A stretch of DNA of 64,000 nucleotides from an uncultured Solirubrobacterales bacterium (GCA_963703585.1 CAVPEX010000040.1:33945-97944); one strand, 5' to 3'. Shown: positions 26,647 to 40,869, counted from the first letter of the stretch. Notes: generated by a model from the sequence alone, not told the origin. Program-made: numbers and translations.

Positions 26647-27037
26647 CTCCAACGTCCTGATCGACGTTCTCTCGGACGACAGCACCTGGGCAGCCTGGTC
26701 GAGCGATGCACTCCGGACCGTTGGCTCGGAGGGTCCGCTGGTGATCAACGAGGTGATCTACGCCGAGGTCTCGCATCGCTACACGCGGAAAGAGACCCTC
26801 GACCGTGAGCTCCCCGAGGCCGAGTTCATGCGCGAGCACACCCCTTGGTCGGCGGCCTTCCTGGTCGGCAAGGCGTTCGTCGACTATCGCCGCCGTGGCG
26901 GACTGCGTCGCTCGCCGCTCCCGGACTTCTTCATCGGCGCACACGCGGCAGTCGCCGGCTTTCGGCTCCTGACCCGTGACCCGGCCCGTTACCGGGCGTA
27001 TTTTCCAACCGTTGAGTTGGTCGCGCCGGACGTCTGA
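26627..27037 (+). CDS. vapC: PIN-domain ribonuclease toxin (VapC-like)
   Basis: 136 aa. N-terminal LVDSNVLIDVL, acidic residues (…INEVIYAEV…) and a C-terminal DFFIGAHAAV...LLTRD pattern. Confidence 0.88.
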   Translation: MTATLVDSNVLIDVLSDDSTWAAWSSDALRTVGSEGPLVINEVIYAEVSHRYTRKETLDRELPEAEFMREHTPWSAAFLVGKAFVDYRRRGGLRRSPLPDFFIGAHAAVAGFRLLTRDPARYRAYFPTVELVAPDV

Positions 27038-27088
27038 TCTCGCCGTCGGCCGCTCGACTGCGCGCTGCGTCTTCTAGTCTGACCGGCC

Positions 27089-27907
27089 ATGTGCGGGCGC
27101 TTCACGGTCACCACCAAAGACACGAAGAAGATCGCCGACCGCTTCCAGGTCGAGCTGGAGAAGGCGCTGGAACGCGGCGGCGACGGGGCGCCCTCGGCCA
27201 AGGAGCAGGCGAAGGACGGCAAAGCCAAATCCCCGCCCGGGATGGGCCGTTTCAACGTCGCCCCGACGCAGGAGATCCTCGTCGTCCGTGCCTCACCTGA
27301 CCCGGACGAAGCGGCCGCCGGGGAGCGCGAGGCGCGGCTGATGCGCTGGGGCCTGGTGCCGCGCTGGGCCAAGGACCTCAAGGTCGGCTACCGGATGATC
27401 AACGCCAAAGCCGAGAACCTGACCTCGAGCCGCGCCTACGGGCCCTTGGTCGGCAAGTACCGCCACCGCTGCCTGATCGTCGCCGACGGCTTCTACGAGT
27501 GGATGAAGGCCGAGGACCCCAAGCAGCCGCGCCAGCCCTGGCGCTTCACCGTCGACGGCGGCGAGCCGTTCGCCTTCGCCGGCCTCTGCACCCGCAAGGA
27601 GTGGGAGGACCCCGCCGACCGTGGCGTCGAGGGCGGCTGGCTCTACAGCGCGACGATCGTCACCACGACGCCGAACGAGGTCGTCGCGCCGGTCCACGAC
27701 AGGATGCCGGCGATCCTGCCCTCGGCCGAGGCCGAGGCGGCCTGGCTGCGTCCGGACCTCGGCGTCGAGGACGCGGTCGCGATGTGCGGGCCGATCGACG
27801 GCCGGCGGATGTCGAGTGCTCCCGCCAATCCGAAGCTGAACAAGGTCGGCAAAGGGATGGAGGAGGGGCCGGAGCTGCTGGTCGCCCCGGCGGACGCCTC
27901 GGCCTAG
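27089..27907 (+). CDS. SOS response-associated peptidase (SRAP / YedK, DUF159)
   Basis: Starts MCGRF (catalytic Cys2). ...MRWGLVPRWAKD...NAKAE...ADGFYEW... and ...TTTPNEVVAPVHDRMPAIL. Confidence 0.9.
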   Translation: MCGRFTVTTKDTKKIADRFQVELEKALERGGDGAPSAKEQAKDGKAKSPPGMGRFNVAPTQEILVVRASPDPDEAAAGEREARLMRWGLVPRWAKDLKVGYRMINAKAENLTSSRAYGPLVGKYRHRCLIVADGFYEWMKAEDPKQPRQPWRFTVDGGEPFAFAGLCTRKEWEDPADRGVEGGWLYSATIVTTTPNEVVAPVHDRMPAILPSAEAEAAWLRPDLGVEDAVAMCGPIDGRRMSSAPANPKLNKVGKGMEEGPELLVAPADASA

Positions 27908-28740
27908 CCGTCCCCGTCTTCGGCTGCTTCTTCCCGTTCCTCTTTTTCGGCCGCTTTTTCTTCTTCGGCCTCTTCGTCGATCGGCGGCGAGCGCTTCGCC
28001 AGGGCGGCGTCGGCTTCGACCGTCGCCTTGCCGGCGCTCGTGGTCAGGGTGCAGCTGATCTCGGCCGCGGGGACGGCGGTCGCTTTCCAGATCGTGAAGA
28101 AGGGCAGGGCGACGTCGGCCTTCGGCTTGCCGGAGGCGAGGAAGTATTTGAGGTGCTCCGTGCCGACTTCGTACTCGGGCCATTCGAGCTTGACGCCGCG
28201 CACGGTGGTGAACTCGTTGGGCATGTCGGCGACTTCGAGGACGGCGAGTTCGGTGCCGTGGGAGCTGAAGTCGATCAGGACCGTTTCCGGGACTTCCTGG
28301 CTGAAGATCCCGTCTTCGGAGGAGCGCGGGTAGGTCGCCCTCAGGTCACCCGAGGTCTGGGCGATTTCGGTGTTCTGGCGGGTCTTGACCGCGCAGAGGA
28401 TGCGGCTGCCGCCGACCGGGGATCCCGCCGAGATTTGCAGCGTGGAGGAGACGCGAAAGAGCGCGTAGCCGCTGACGTTCGTGCCGGTGGAGCGGATTTC
28501 GACGTCGGTCAGCTGCAGCTCCCCGCCCCCACCCGGCACCGGCACGGGCTCGGAGTCGGGCGCCTTCCTCGTCTGCACCCATTCCAGGCTCGCGGCTTCG
28601 CCGCTCGACTTGTCGGTGGCGGCGAGGGCGGCGACGACGCAGGCGAGAAGGCCGACGGCGACGACGATCAGCGCGCCGCGCGGCGGCCGCGTGTCCTGGG
28701 GGGCCTCGCTCACAGGCGCGACAGTATTGGAATCCGTCAC
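27904..28740 (-). CDS. membrane-anchored hypothetical protein with acidic C-terminal tail
   Basis: GTG 28740 (VTDSNTVAPV...) followed by the transmembrane helix GALIVVAVGLLACVVAALAA. The tail is DEEAEEEKAAEKEEREEAAEDGDG. The ORF is open to 28815, but that start would overlap the divergent hydrolase gene. Confidence 0.65.
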   Translation of the reverse strand: MTDSNTVAPVSEAPQDTRPPRGALIVVAVGLLACVVAALAATDKSSGEAASLEWVQTRKAPDSEPVPVPGGGGELQLTDVEIRSTGTNVSGYALFRVSSTLQISAGSPVGGSRILCAVKTRQNTEIAQTSGDLRATYPRSSEDGIFSQEVPETVLIDFSSHGTELAVLEVADMPNEFTTVRGVKLEWPEYEVGTEHLKYFLASGKPKADVALPFFTIWKATAVPAAEISCTLTTSAGKATVEADAALAKRSPPIDEEAEEEKAAEKEEREEAAEDGDG

Positions 28741-28789
28741 ACAGGCGCGATCCTGCCCGAACGCCCGGTAACGAGCGTACCCTGGCGGT

Positions 28790-29710
28790 GTGGCAAAGAA
28801 GGTGACCCCGCTCAATCCCAGCGAAGCGCGGACCAGGATCGCGGTCGTCCACGGCCGCAGCGTCAGCTACGTCGAGGCCGGCGAGGGGCCGCTGCTGCTG
28901 CTGATCCACGGCATGGCCGGCTGCGCCGAGAACTGGCGCGAGGTCGTGCAGCCGCTGGCCCGCACCCACACCGTGATCGCCCCCGACCTGCCCGGCCACG
29001 GCGTCTCGGAGCCGGGCGGCGGCGACTACTCGCTGGGCGCCCTCGCCACGGGCCTGCGGGACCTGCTGCTCGCCCTCGGCCACGACCGCGCCACCCTGGT
29101 CGGCCACTCGCTCGGCGGCGGCATCGCGATGCAGTTCACCTACCAGTTCCCGGAGATGGTGGAACGGCTGGTGCTCGTCTCCAGCGGCGGGCTCGGCCCC
29201 GACGTCAGCGTCGTCCTCCGCGCCGCGGCGCTGCCCGGCGCCCACCTCTTCATCTCCGCCACCGCCGGCCCCGGCCGCAAGGTCGGCTCGGCGATCGGCC
29301 GCGGCCTCGGCGCGATCGGGCTGCGGCCCAATGCCGACGTCGCCGAGGTCGCCCGCGGCTATGCCTCGCTCGAGGACCCCGAGCGCCGCGCCGCCTTCCT
29401 CGCCACCCTGCGCTCGGTCGTCGGCACCTCCGGCCAGCGGGTCGCCGCCGGCGACCGCCTCTACCTGGCCGAGGCGCTGCCGATCCTGATCGTCTGGGGC
29501 TCCCGCGACCCGATCATCCCGGTCAGCCACGCCGAGGAAGCCCACCAGTCGATCCCCGGCAGCCGCCTCGAGATCTTCGACGACGTCGGCCACCTGCCCC
29601 AGCTCGAGGCCCCGGCCCGCTTCGTCGCCGCCCTCGAGCACTTCCTCGCCGAGACCAAGCCGGCGAAGTTCGACCGCGACGAGTGGCGCGCGCGGTTCAA
29701 GACCGCGTAG
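28790..29710 (+). CDS. alpha/beta-fold hydrolase
   Basis: 306 aa. HGMAG oxyanion region, nucleophile elbow GHSLGG, and a C-terminal GHLPQLE histidine motif. Confidence 0.88.
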   Translation: MAKKVTPLNPSEARTRIAVVHGRSVSYVEAGEGPLLLLIHGMAGCAENWREVVQPLARTHTVIAPDLPGHGVSEPGGGDYSLGALATGLRDLLLALGHDRATLVGHSLGGGIAMQFTYQFPEMVERLVLVSSGGLGPDVSVVLRAAALPGAHLFISATAGPGRKVGSAIGRGLGAIGLRPNADVAEVARGYASLEDPERRAAFLATLRSVVGTSGQRVAAGDRLYLAEALPILIVWGSRDPIIPVSHAEEAHQSIPGSRLEIFDDVGHLPQLEAPARFVAALEHFLAETKPAKFDRDEWRARFKTA

Positions 29711-29722
29711 CCCCCGCCTCCC

Positions 29723-29757
29723 TTGACGTTGTTCGCCCTCTGGGCGAACAACGTCAA
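29723..29757. terminator. 16-bp perfect hairpin between convergent genes (candidate bidirectional terminator)
   Basis: TTGACGTTGTTCGCCC-tct-GGGCGAACAACGTCAA. It lies 13 nt after the hydrolase stop and 10 nt beyond the tRNA 3' end. No U-tract on either side. Confidence 0.5.
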
Positions 29758-29766
29758 CAGGAGAGA

Positions 29767-29840
29767 CGCGCCCGGCAGGATTCGAACCTGCGACTTCCAC
29801 CTCCGGAGGGTGGCGCTCTATCCAGCTGAGCTACGGGCGC
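29767..29840 (-). tRNA. tRNA-Arg (anticodon CCG)
   Basis: The reverse complement folds by hand into a cloverleaf. Acceptor GCGCCCG/CGGGCGC, D arm GCUC/GAGC, anticodon stem CCACC/GGUGG with loop CUCCGGA, T arm GCAGG-UUCGAAU-CCUGC. 74 nt; CCA is not encoded. Confidence 0.95.
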
Positions 29841-29898
29841 TGGTGCAGCCAGTCTAGTGGCGAGCGTGCCGGCGGCATGGTCGCGTAGGCTCGCCTGG

Positions 29899-30870
29899 AT
29901 GGATCTATCGGTGACTTTTCTCGGGACCGGGGGGTCGGTGCCCTCGGCGCGGCGCTCGACGGCGGCCGTGCTGATCGCGCGTGGGGGAGAGCGGCTGCTG
30001 TTCGACTGCGGTGAAGGGACGCAGCGGCAGATGCAGCGCTCGCTGGGGCTGGTCCAGCTCGACGAGATCTACCTGACGCACTTCCACGCCGACCACACGC
30101 TGGGGCTGCCGGGGCTGCTGAAAACGTACGACCTCACCGACCGCGAGGTGCCGCTGACGGTCTATGGGCCGCCGGGGCTGCGCGACCTCTTCACGGTGAT
30201 GAAGCCGCTGATCGGGCGGCTCGGCTTCGACGTCGAGCTGGTCGAGCTGCAGCCGGGGCAGGCGGTCGAGCACGACGGCTACGAGGTGCGCCCCTTCGAA
30301 GCCGCGCACAGCGTGCGCGCCAACGGCTACGCGCTGGTCGAGGCGGAGCGGCCCGGCCGCTTCGACCCCGAGGCCGCCGCCGCCGCGGGCGTCCCCGAAG
30401 GCCCGGCCTTCGCCGCCCTCCAGCGCGGCGAGTCGGTCGAGGGCTCCGGCGGCAAGGTCGCTCCCGAGCAGGTGATGGGCCCGGCTCGCGCCGGCCGCAC
30501 GGTCGTGATCACCGGCGACACCGCGCCCTCGCCGGCCACCGTCTCCGCCGCAGCCGACGCCGAGTTGCTGATCCACGACGCCAGCTTCGCCGAGGAGGAG
30601 GTCCAGCGCGCCGCCGAAACCGGCCACTCGACCGTCGGCCAGGCCGCCGCGGTCGCCGCCGAGGCGCACGTGAGGCTGCTGGCGCTGGTCCACATCTCTT
30701 CCCGCTACCACGTCGGCAGGGTGCTGGGGGAGGCCGAGGAGGTCTTCGAGGCGGCGATCGCCCCGCGCGACTTCGACGTAATCGAGATCCCCTTCCCGGA
30801 GCGCGGCAAACCTCTGCTCGTACCGAAGGGAGCCGTGAACGGCGGCCCGCCGCCCCCGCTGCTACGCTGA
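29899..30870 (+). CDS. rnz: ribonuclease Z
   Basis: Starts at ATG 29899 (MDLSVTFLGTGGSVP). HFHADH motif and ...HDASF...HST...HIS.... About 323 aa. Confidence 0.88.
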   Translation: MDLSVTFLGTGGSVPSARRSTAAVLIARGGERLLFDCGEGTQRQMQRSLGLVQLDEIYLTHFHADHTLGLPGLLKTYDLTDREVPLTVYGPPGLRDLFTVMKPLIGRLGFDVELVELQPGQAVEHDGYEVRPFEAAHSVRANGYALVEAERPGRFDPEAAAAAGVPEGPAFAALQRGESVEGSGGKVAPEQVMGPARAGRTVVITGDTAPSPATVSAAADAELLIHDASFAEEEVQRAAETGHSTVGQAAAVAAEAHVRLLALVHISSRYHVGRVLGEAEEVFEAAIAPRDFDVIEIPFPERGKPLLVPKGAVNGGPPPPLLR

Positions 30871-30876
30871 GGGCGT

Positions 30877-30910
30877 CCTTTAACCCGGTCCCGTGAGGCC
30901 AGGAAGGAAG
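30877..30910 (+). promoter_or_regulatory. PyrR-binding RNA loop overlapping the pyrR ribosome-binding site
   Basis: CCUUUAACCCGGUCCCGUGAGGCCAGGAAGGAAG contains UCCCGUGAGGC, which matches the PyrR binding-loop consensus (UCC-N-G-N-GAGG-Y) as remembered. It is flanked by pairing CCUU/AAGG. The GGAAGGAAG Shine-Dalgarno lies in the 3' arm, 9 nt before GTG 30919. Confidence 0.6.
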
Positions 30911-30918
30911 CAAAGAGA

Positions 30919-32474
<1,556 letters not shown>

Positions 32475-32478
<4 letters not shown>

Positions 32479-33826
32479 GTTTCACCGACGTGCTCGACGT
32501 CCGTCCCGGCGAGGACGCGAACCTGGTCCTGCGCCGGGCGACGGTGCTGGACCCGGTCGCCGGCATCGACGCCGTCCACGACGTCGTCGTCCGCGGCGGC
32601 GAGATCGCCGCGCTGGCCGCTCCGGGCGAGGCCGACGCCGACGGCGCCGAGGTGGTCGAGGCGGAGGGGCTGCACGCCTTCCCGGCCTTCTTCGATCCCC
32701 ACGTCCACCTCCGCACCCCCGGCCACGAGCACAAAGAGGACGTCGAGACCGGCACCCGCGCCGCCGCCGCCGGCGGCTACTGCGGCATCCTCGCGATGGC
32801 CAACACCGAGCCGCCGGTCTCCACCGCCGCCGACATCTCCGCCCTGCGCGAGCAGGCGCGCGCCGGCGCCTCGGTCCCGGTCGGCTTCCTCGCCACGGTC
32901 ACCCGCGACATGAAGGGCGAGGAGCTGACCGAGATGGTCGAGCTGCGCGAAGCCGGCGCCGTCGGCTTCTCCGACGACGGCCTGCCGATCCGCAGCGCCC
33001 GGGTCATGCGCCGCGCCCTCCAGTACCAGCGCCTCTGCGGCGGCACGATCGCCCTGCACGAGGAGGACCCCGAGCTCTCCGGCGACGGCGTCATGCACGA
33101 GGGCCCGGTCTCGGCCGCGGTCGGCCTCGCCGGGATCCCCTCCGTCTCGGAGTCGACGATGATCGCCCGCGACGCCGCCCTCGCCGGCTACGAGGAGGCG
33201 CGGATCCACGTCCAGCACCTCTCCGCGGCCGAGTCGGTCGAGGTCGTCCGCCGCCGCCAAGGCCGCCGGCGTGCAGATCAGCGCCGAGGCCACGCCCGCA
33301 CCACCTCTGCCTCACCGACGAGCAGGTGCGCAGCCTCGACCGCTGGCGCTTCAAGATGAACCCGCCGCTGCGCCGCGAGTCCGACCGCCAGGCGCTGATC
33401 GACGGCCTCCTCGACGGCACGATCGAGTGCGTCGCCACCGATCACGCGCCGCACCAGGCCGAGGAAAAGGACGTCCCCTTCGAGCAGGCGGCGATGGGCG
33501 TCACCGGCCTCGAGAGCGCCTTCGCCGCCCTCCACACCGAGCTGGTCCTGCCCGGCACGATCGAGCTGGCGCTGCTGGTCGAGCGGATGGCGGGCGGCGC
33601 GGCTCCGTTCGGGATCGAGCGGCCGAGCCTGGCACCGGGCTCGGAGGCCAACGTCGCCCTCTGCGACCTCGCCGCCGAGTGGACGGTCGGGGAGGACGGC
33701 TACGAGAGCCGCTCGCAGAACTCCTGGTGCGCCGGCCACAAGCTGACCGGCCGCGTACTCGTCACGGTCGCCGCCGGCCAGGTCGCCTTCCGCCTGCGCA
33801 GCTTCAGCCTCGGGGTCGCCGCATGA
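32475..33826 (+). pseudogene. pyrC: dihydroorotase, two frameshifts near the 3' third
   Basis: GTG overlaps the pyrB stop (GTGA). DPHVHLRTPG and ...ILAMANT... are intact up to ~33250. Then AKAAGVQISAEATP appears in a second frame and HHLCLTDEQ...ATDHAPH...GVTGLE... in a third, running to TGA 33824-33826. Confidence 0.85.
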
Positions 33827-33831
33827 GGCGA

Positions 33832-33872
33832 GGTGTCGACTTTCTGTCGCTATCCGAAAGAAACTCGACACC
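33832..33872 (+). other. AT-rich 14-bp hairpin in the pyrC-carA intercistronic gap
   Basis: GGTGTCGACTTTCT-N13-AGAAACTCGACACC with one mismatch in 14 bp. It is followed by the GGGAGG Shine-Dalgarno and GTG 33885. No U-tract. Confidence 0.5.
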
Positions 33873-33884
33873 TGGGAGGGGGTT

Positions 33885-35003
33885 GTGAGCGCCTACCTGC
33901 TGCTCGAGGACGGGACCCGGCTCGACGGGCTCGCCTGCGGCCACGGGGCCGCGGTCACCGGCGAGGTCGTCTTCAACACCGCGATGACCGGCTACCAGGA
34001 GTCCGTCACCGACCCCTCCTACGCGGGGCAGATCATCGTCTTCACCTACCCGCTGATCGGCAACTACGGGGTCAGTGCCGCGGCGATGGAGTCCGACCGC
34101 GTCCACGCCCGCGGCGTCGTCATGCGCGACGCCAAGAACGGCGAGGACGCCGGCAGCGCCGAGGGCGGCTGGCTCGACTGGCTCGGCGACTGCGGCGTGC
34201 CGGGGATCAGCGGCGTCGACACCCGCGCCCTGGTCCGCCACATCCGCGACCGCGGCGCCATGCGCGGCGGCATCTTCCCGGCCGCGACCGACGAGTCGGA
34301 GGCGCGCGCCGCGATCGCCGCCGAGCCGTCGATGGACGGCGCCGACCTCGCCCGCACCGTCACCCCGCCCGAGCCGGTCCGCTTCGAGGGCGAGGGCCCG
34401 CACGTGGTCGGCATCGACACCGGCGTCAAGCTGAGCATCGTCCGCCAGCTGCGCGAGCGCGGCTGCAGGCTGACGCTGCTGCCCTGCACCAGCACGCCCG
34501 AGCAGGTCCTCGCGGAGGACCCCGACGTCGTCTTCCTCGCCAACGGCCCCGGCGACCCGGCGGCGCTCGGCTACGTCGTCGAGACCGTGCGCGAGCTGGT
34601 CGGCAAGCGGCCGGTCTTCGGGATCTGCCTCGGCCACCAGCTGCTCTGCCGCGCCCTCGGCCTCGAGACCTACAAGCTCCCCTTCGGCCACCGCGGCGCC
34701 AACCACCCGGTCAAGGACCTGGAGACGGGACGGATCGACATCACCTCCCAGAACCACGGCTTCGCCGTCGAGGGGCCGGGGGGAGAGCCGCGGATCGAGG
34801 GCGACGAGCCGGTCCGCTGGGACACCGACTTCGGCGTCGCCGAGCTCTCGCAGCTGAACCTCTACGACCGCACGGTCGAGGGCCTGGTCCTGCGCGACGT
34901 CGCCGGCGCCACCGTCCAGTACCACCCCGAGGCCGGCCCCGGCCCGCACGACGCCCGCCACCTGTTCGAGAGGTTCCTGGCCCTCGCCGGGGAGCCCGCC
35001 TGA
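33885..35003 (+). CDS. carA: carbamoyl-phosphate synthase small (glutaminase) subunit
   Basis: 372 aa, intact. [10 protein letters not shown], catalytic GICLGHQLL and HRGANHPV motifs. Confidence 0.95.
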   Translation: MSAYLLLEDGTRLDGLACGHGAAVTGEVVFNTAMTGYQESVTDPSYAGQIIVFTYPLIGNYGVSAAAMESDRVHARGVVMRDAKNGEDAGSAEGGWLDWLGDCGVPGISGVDTRALVRHIRDRGAMRGGIFPAATDESEARAAIAAEPSMDGADLARTVTPPEPVRFEGEGPHVVGIDTGVKLSIVRQLRERGCRLTLLPCTSTPEQVLAEDPDVVFLANGPGDPAALGYVVETVRELVGKRPVFGICLGHQLLCRALGLETYKLPFGHRGANHPVKDLETGRIDITSQNHGFAVEGPGGEPRIEGDEPVRWDTDFGVAELSQLNLYDRTVEGLVLRDVAGATVQYHPEAGPGPHDARHLFERFLALAGEPA

Positions 35004-35004
35004 G

Positions 35005-38117
<3,113 letters not shown>

Positions 38118-38121
<4 letters not shown>

Positions 38122-38960
38122 GCACGCCGTTCGGGCGGCGGCTCTGCGAGGTCGCCGAGAACCGCGCCTCCGACGGCTACCGCGTCTTCTCCCTGCGCGA
38201 CCTCGAGGGCCCCGAGCCGCTGCCGGGCCAGTTCTACATGCTGGCAGCGGCGCGGCGTTGGGACGAGCGCGGCGGCCGCCCGTTCCTGCCGCGGGCGATC
38301 TCGGTCGCCGAGACCGGGCCGGCGTCCGACGGTATCCGCCTCGACTTCCTCGTCGAGGGCGTCGGACCCGGCACCGACCGGCTCTGCGCGCTGGAGCCGG
38401 GGGAGGACGTCTGGGTGACCGGACCGCTCGGCAACGCCTTCGCCGAGCCGCGCCGGGCCAACCCGGGGGCGGCCGGGGCGATCCTGGTCGGTGGCGGCAT
38501 CGGCATCGCGCCGCTGGCGCTGCTGCGTCGCCGCCTCGCCGAGCGGGGGGTGCCGCTGCGGGTCCTGCTCGGCTTCCGCAACCGCGAGCACTCGGGCGGC
38601 CTCGAGCTCTTCTGCGGCGCCGGCGGCGACCTCTGCCCGGAGGTCCGGCTCGCCTCCGAGGACGGCCACCGCGGCCACCGCGGCTACGTCACCGACCTGC
38701 TGGCGCAGATGCTCGCCGGCGACGACGCCGGCTCGGCCGTCGTCTACTCCTGCGGCCCGCCGGCGATGCTGGAGGCGGTGCGCGCGCTCTGCGCCGAGCG
38801 CGGCGTCCCCTGCGAGCTGGCGATGGAGAGCCCGATGGCCTGCGGCTTCGGCGCCTGCTTCGGCTGCGCCGTGCCGAGGCCCGACGGCGGCTACCTGCGG
38901 CTCTGCGTCGACGGGCCGGTCGTCCGCGGCGAGGAGGTCGCCGAGGTGGTCCATGCCTGA
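38118..38960 (+). CDS. pyrK: dihydroorotate dehydrogenase electron-transfer subunit (PyrK-like)
   Basis: ATG overlaps the carB stop (ATGA). FAD/NAD-binding fold (RAISV..., GGGIGIAPL) and a C-terminal 2Fe-2S cysteine cluster CGFGACFGC...C. Confidence 0.85.
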
Positions 38961-39828
38961 TCTCTGCGGGATCCCGCTCGCCCACCCGGTGCTCAACGCC
39001 TCCGGCACCTACGACGCGATCGCCGCCCGCCGCGTCTTCGGCGACGAGCTGCTCGAGGACTTCCCCTTCGCCGCCTTCGTCTCGAAGACGATCACGCCGG
39101 AGCCGCGGGCGGGCAACGCGCCGCGGCGGATCTGGGAGACGCCGGCGGGGATGATCAACTCGATCGGCCTGCCGAACAAGGGCCTGGCGGGGTTCCTGGC
39201 CGAGGACCTGCCGCAGCTGGCGGAGCTGCCGGTGCCGCTGGTCGTCTCGGTGATGGCGACCGGCCGCGAGGAGTTCGCGCGGCTGGTGGAGGCGGTCGGC
39301 GCCCGCGAGGAGGTCGCCGCGATCGAGCTCAACATCTCCTGCCCCAACGTCCACTCCGGCCTGATCGTCGGCGAGCAGCCGAGCGAGACGGTGGCGCTGC
39401 TGCAGGCGCTGCGGCCGCTGAGCGCGAAGCCGCTGATCGTGAAGCTGACGCCGAACGTCGCCGACCCGGCCGCGGTCGCGATCGCCGCCGAGGAGGGCGG
39501 GGCCGACGCGGTCTCCCTGATCAACACGCTGAAGGCCAGCGCCTTCGACCCGGCGAGCGGCGAGCCCGCCCTGGCGGCCGGTCACGGCGGCCTCTCGGGC
39601 CCGGCGGTGCGGCCGATCGCGTTGCAGCAGCTGCGCGCGGTGGCGGCGGCCGTGAGCGTGCCGGCGATCGGCATGGGGGGGATCTGCGACGGCGCCGACG
39701 CGGCCGAATTCCTCGCCGCCGGGGCCTCTCTGGTGGCCGTCGGAACCGAGAGCTTCCGCGACCCAAGGGCGGGTGCGCGGATCGCCGCCGAGCTCGAAAC
39801 GGCGCGCCCGGGGACGCTCCGGGTCTGA
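38953..39828 (+). CDS. pyrD: dihydroorotate dehydrogenase, class 1B catalytic subunit
   Basis: ATG 38953 overlaps the pyrK end by 8 nt. NASGT..., ...ELNISCPN..., ...KLTPNV..., ...GGLSGPAVRPIAL..., ...GMGGI. Confidence 0.9.
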   Translation: MPDLCGIPLAHPVLNASGTYDAIAARRVFGDELLEDFPFAAFVSKTITPEPRAGNAPRRIWETPAGMINSIGLPNKGLAGFLAEDLPQLAELPVPLVVSVMATGREEFARLVEAVGAREEVAAIELNISCPNVHSGLIVGEQPSETVALLQALRPLSAKPLIVKLTPNVADPAAVAIAAEEGGADAVSLINTLKASAFDPASGEPALAAGHGGLSGPAVRPIALQQLRAVAAAVSVPAIGMGGICDGADAAEFLAAGASLVAVGTESFRDPRAGARIAAELETARPGTLRV

Positions 39829-39888
39829 GCAGTACTCAACCTCGACTAGAGGTCTAGGTGAATTTGGGGTCAATTGCCCCCGGCTCCC

Positions 39889-39916
39889 TTGCAGGCGCCC
39901 AAGCCGCGGCTATACT
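39889..39916 (+). promoter_or_regulatory. promoter candidate (TTGCAG-16 nt-TATACT) giving a leaderless or near-leaderless mihF mRNA
   Basis: -35 at 39889-39894 and -10 at 39911-39916. The mihF ATG at 39927 is 11 nt after the -10 box and has no Shine-Dalgarno. Confidence 0.5.
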
Positions 39917-39926
39917 CGCCGCCCAC

Positions 39927-40265
39927 ATGCCCGCCACCCCAGTCAAGTCCTCCTCGCTCGCGGCCCCGGAAAGGTCCCTCGACCAGAGGATGGAGGCGCT
40001 CAAGCGGGCCAACGACATCCGCACCGCCCGCGCCAAGCTGAAGAAGGATCTGAAGGCGAACCGGGCCGGCATCCACACGATCCTGCTGGATCCGCCCGAG
40101 TACGTGATGACCGCCAAGGTCTTCGACATGCTCCTCGCCGTTCCCAAGTACGGCCGGGTGAAGGCCAATCGGATCCTCAACCAGTGCCGGATCTCACCGT
40201 CGAAGACGATCGGCGGCCTCTCCGAGCGACAGCGCACCGAGCTGGTCAACCAGCTGCATCGTTAA
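39927..40265 (+). CDS. mihF: integration host factor, actinobacterial type (mIHF)
   Basis: The translation from M24 of the ORF, ...RMEALKRANDIRTARAKLKKDLKA...VFDMLLAVPKYGRVKANRILNQCRISPSKTIGGLSERQRTELVNQL, matches the mIHF pattern. The mihF-gmk-rpoZ synteny supports the call. Confidence 0.85.
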   Translation: MPATPVKSSSLAAPERSLDQRMEALKRANDIRTARAKLKKDLKANRAGIHTILLDPPEYVMTAKVFDMLLAVPKYGRVKANRILNQCRISPSKTIGGLSERQRTELVNQLHR

Positions 40266-40298
40266 CCGACCGGCCCGCCGGTCAATATCCCCGGCCGC

Positions 40299-40869
40299 AT
40301 GGCCAAAGTCTTCGTCATCACGGGCCCGTCGGGGGTCGGCAAGGGAACCCTGATCAGGGAGCTGCTGCAGCGGGTCCCGGACCTTGAGCTCTCGGTCTCG
40401 GCGACGACCCGGCAGCCGCGCGAGGGCGAGGTAAACGGCCGCGACTACCACTTCCTCACAGCCGACGAATTCGACCAGCGGATCGCCGAAGGGGACTTCC
40501 TCGAGTTCGCCACCTACAGCGGCAACCTCTACGGGACGCTGAGGACAGAGGTCGAGCGCCGGCTCGCCGGCGGCCACTCGGTGGTGCTGGAGATCGAGGT
40601 GCAGGGGGCGCGCCAGGTGCGGGCGGCGATGCGGGAGTCGGTCCAGGTCTTCATCGCGCCGCCGGAGCCCGGCGGTCCTGCGCAAGCGCCTGGAGGGCCG
40701 CGGCACCGACGCGCCGCACGCGATCGACGCCCGCCTCGAGGTGGCGGCGCAGGAGATGGCGGCCCAGGACGAGTTCGCCTACCGGGTCGTCAACGACGAG
40801 CTCGGGCGCGCCGCCGACGAGCTGGAGCGAATCGTGCGCGACGAGCTCGGGCTGGCCCCGAGCGAGTGA
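40299..40869 (+). CDS. gmk: guanylate kinase, one apparent frameshift
   Basis: P-loop GPSGVGKGT, ...SATTRQPREGEVNGRDYHF.... The frame changes at VFIAPP / SPAVLRKRLEGRGTD near 40660-40668. TGA stop at 40867-40869. Confidence 0.88.

Noticed and set aside
29711-29900. tRNA-Arg as an integration hotspot or genomic island boundary.
   Set aside because: There is no integrase, no direct repeat of the tRNA 3' end and no compositional break next to it. The neighbours are a hydrolase and RNase Z.
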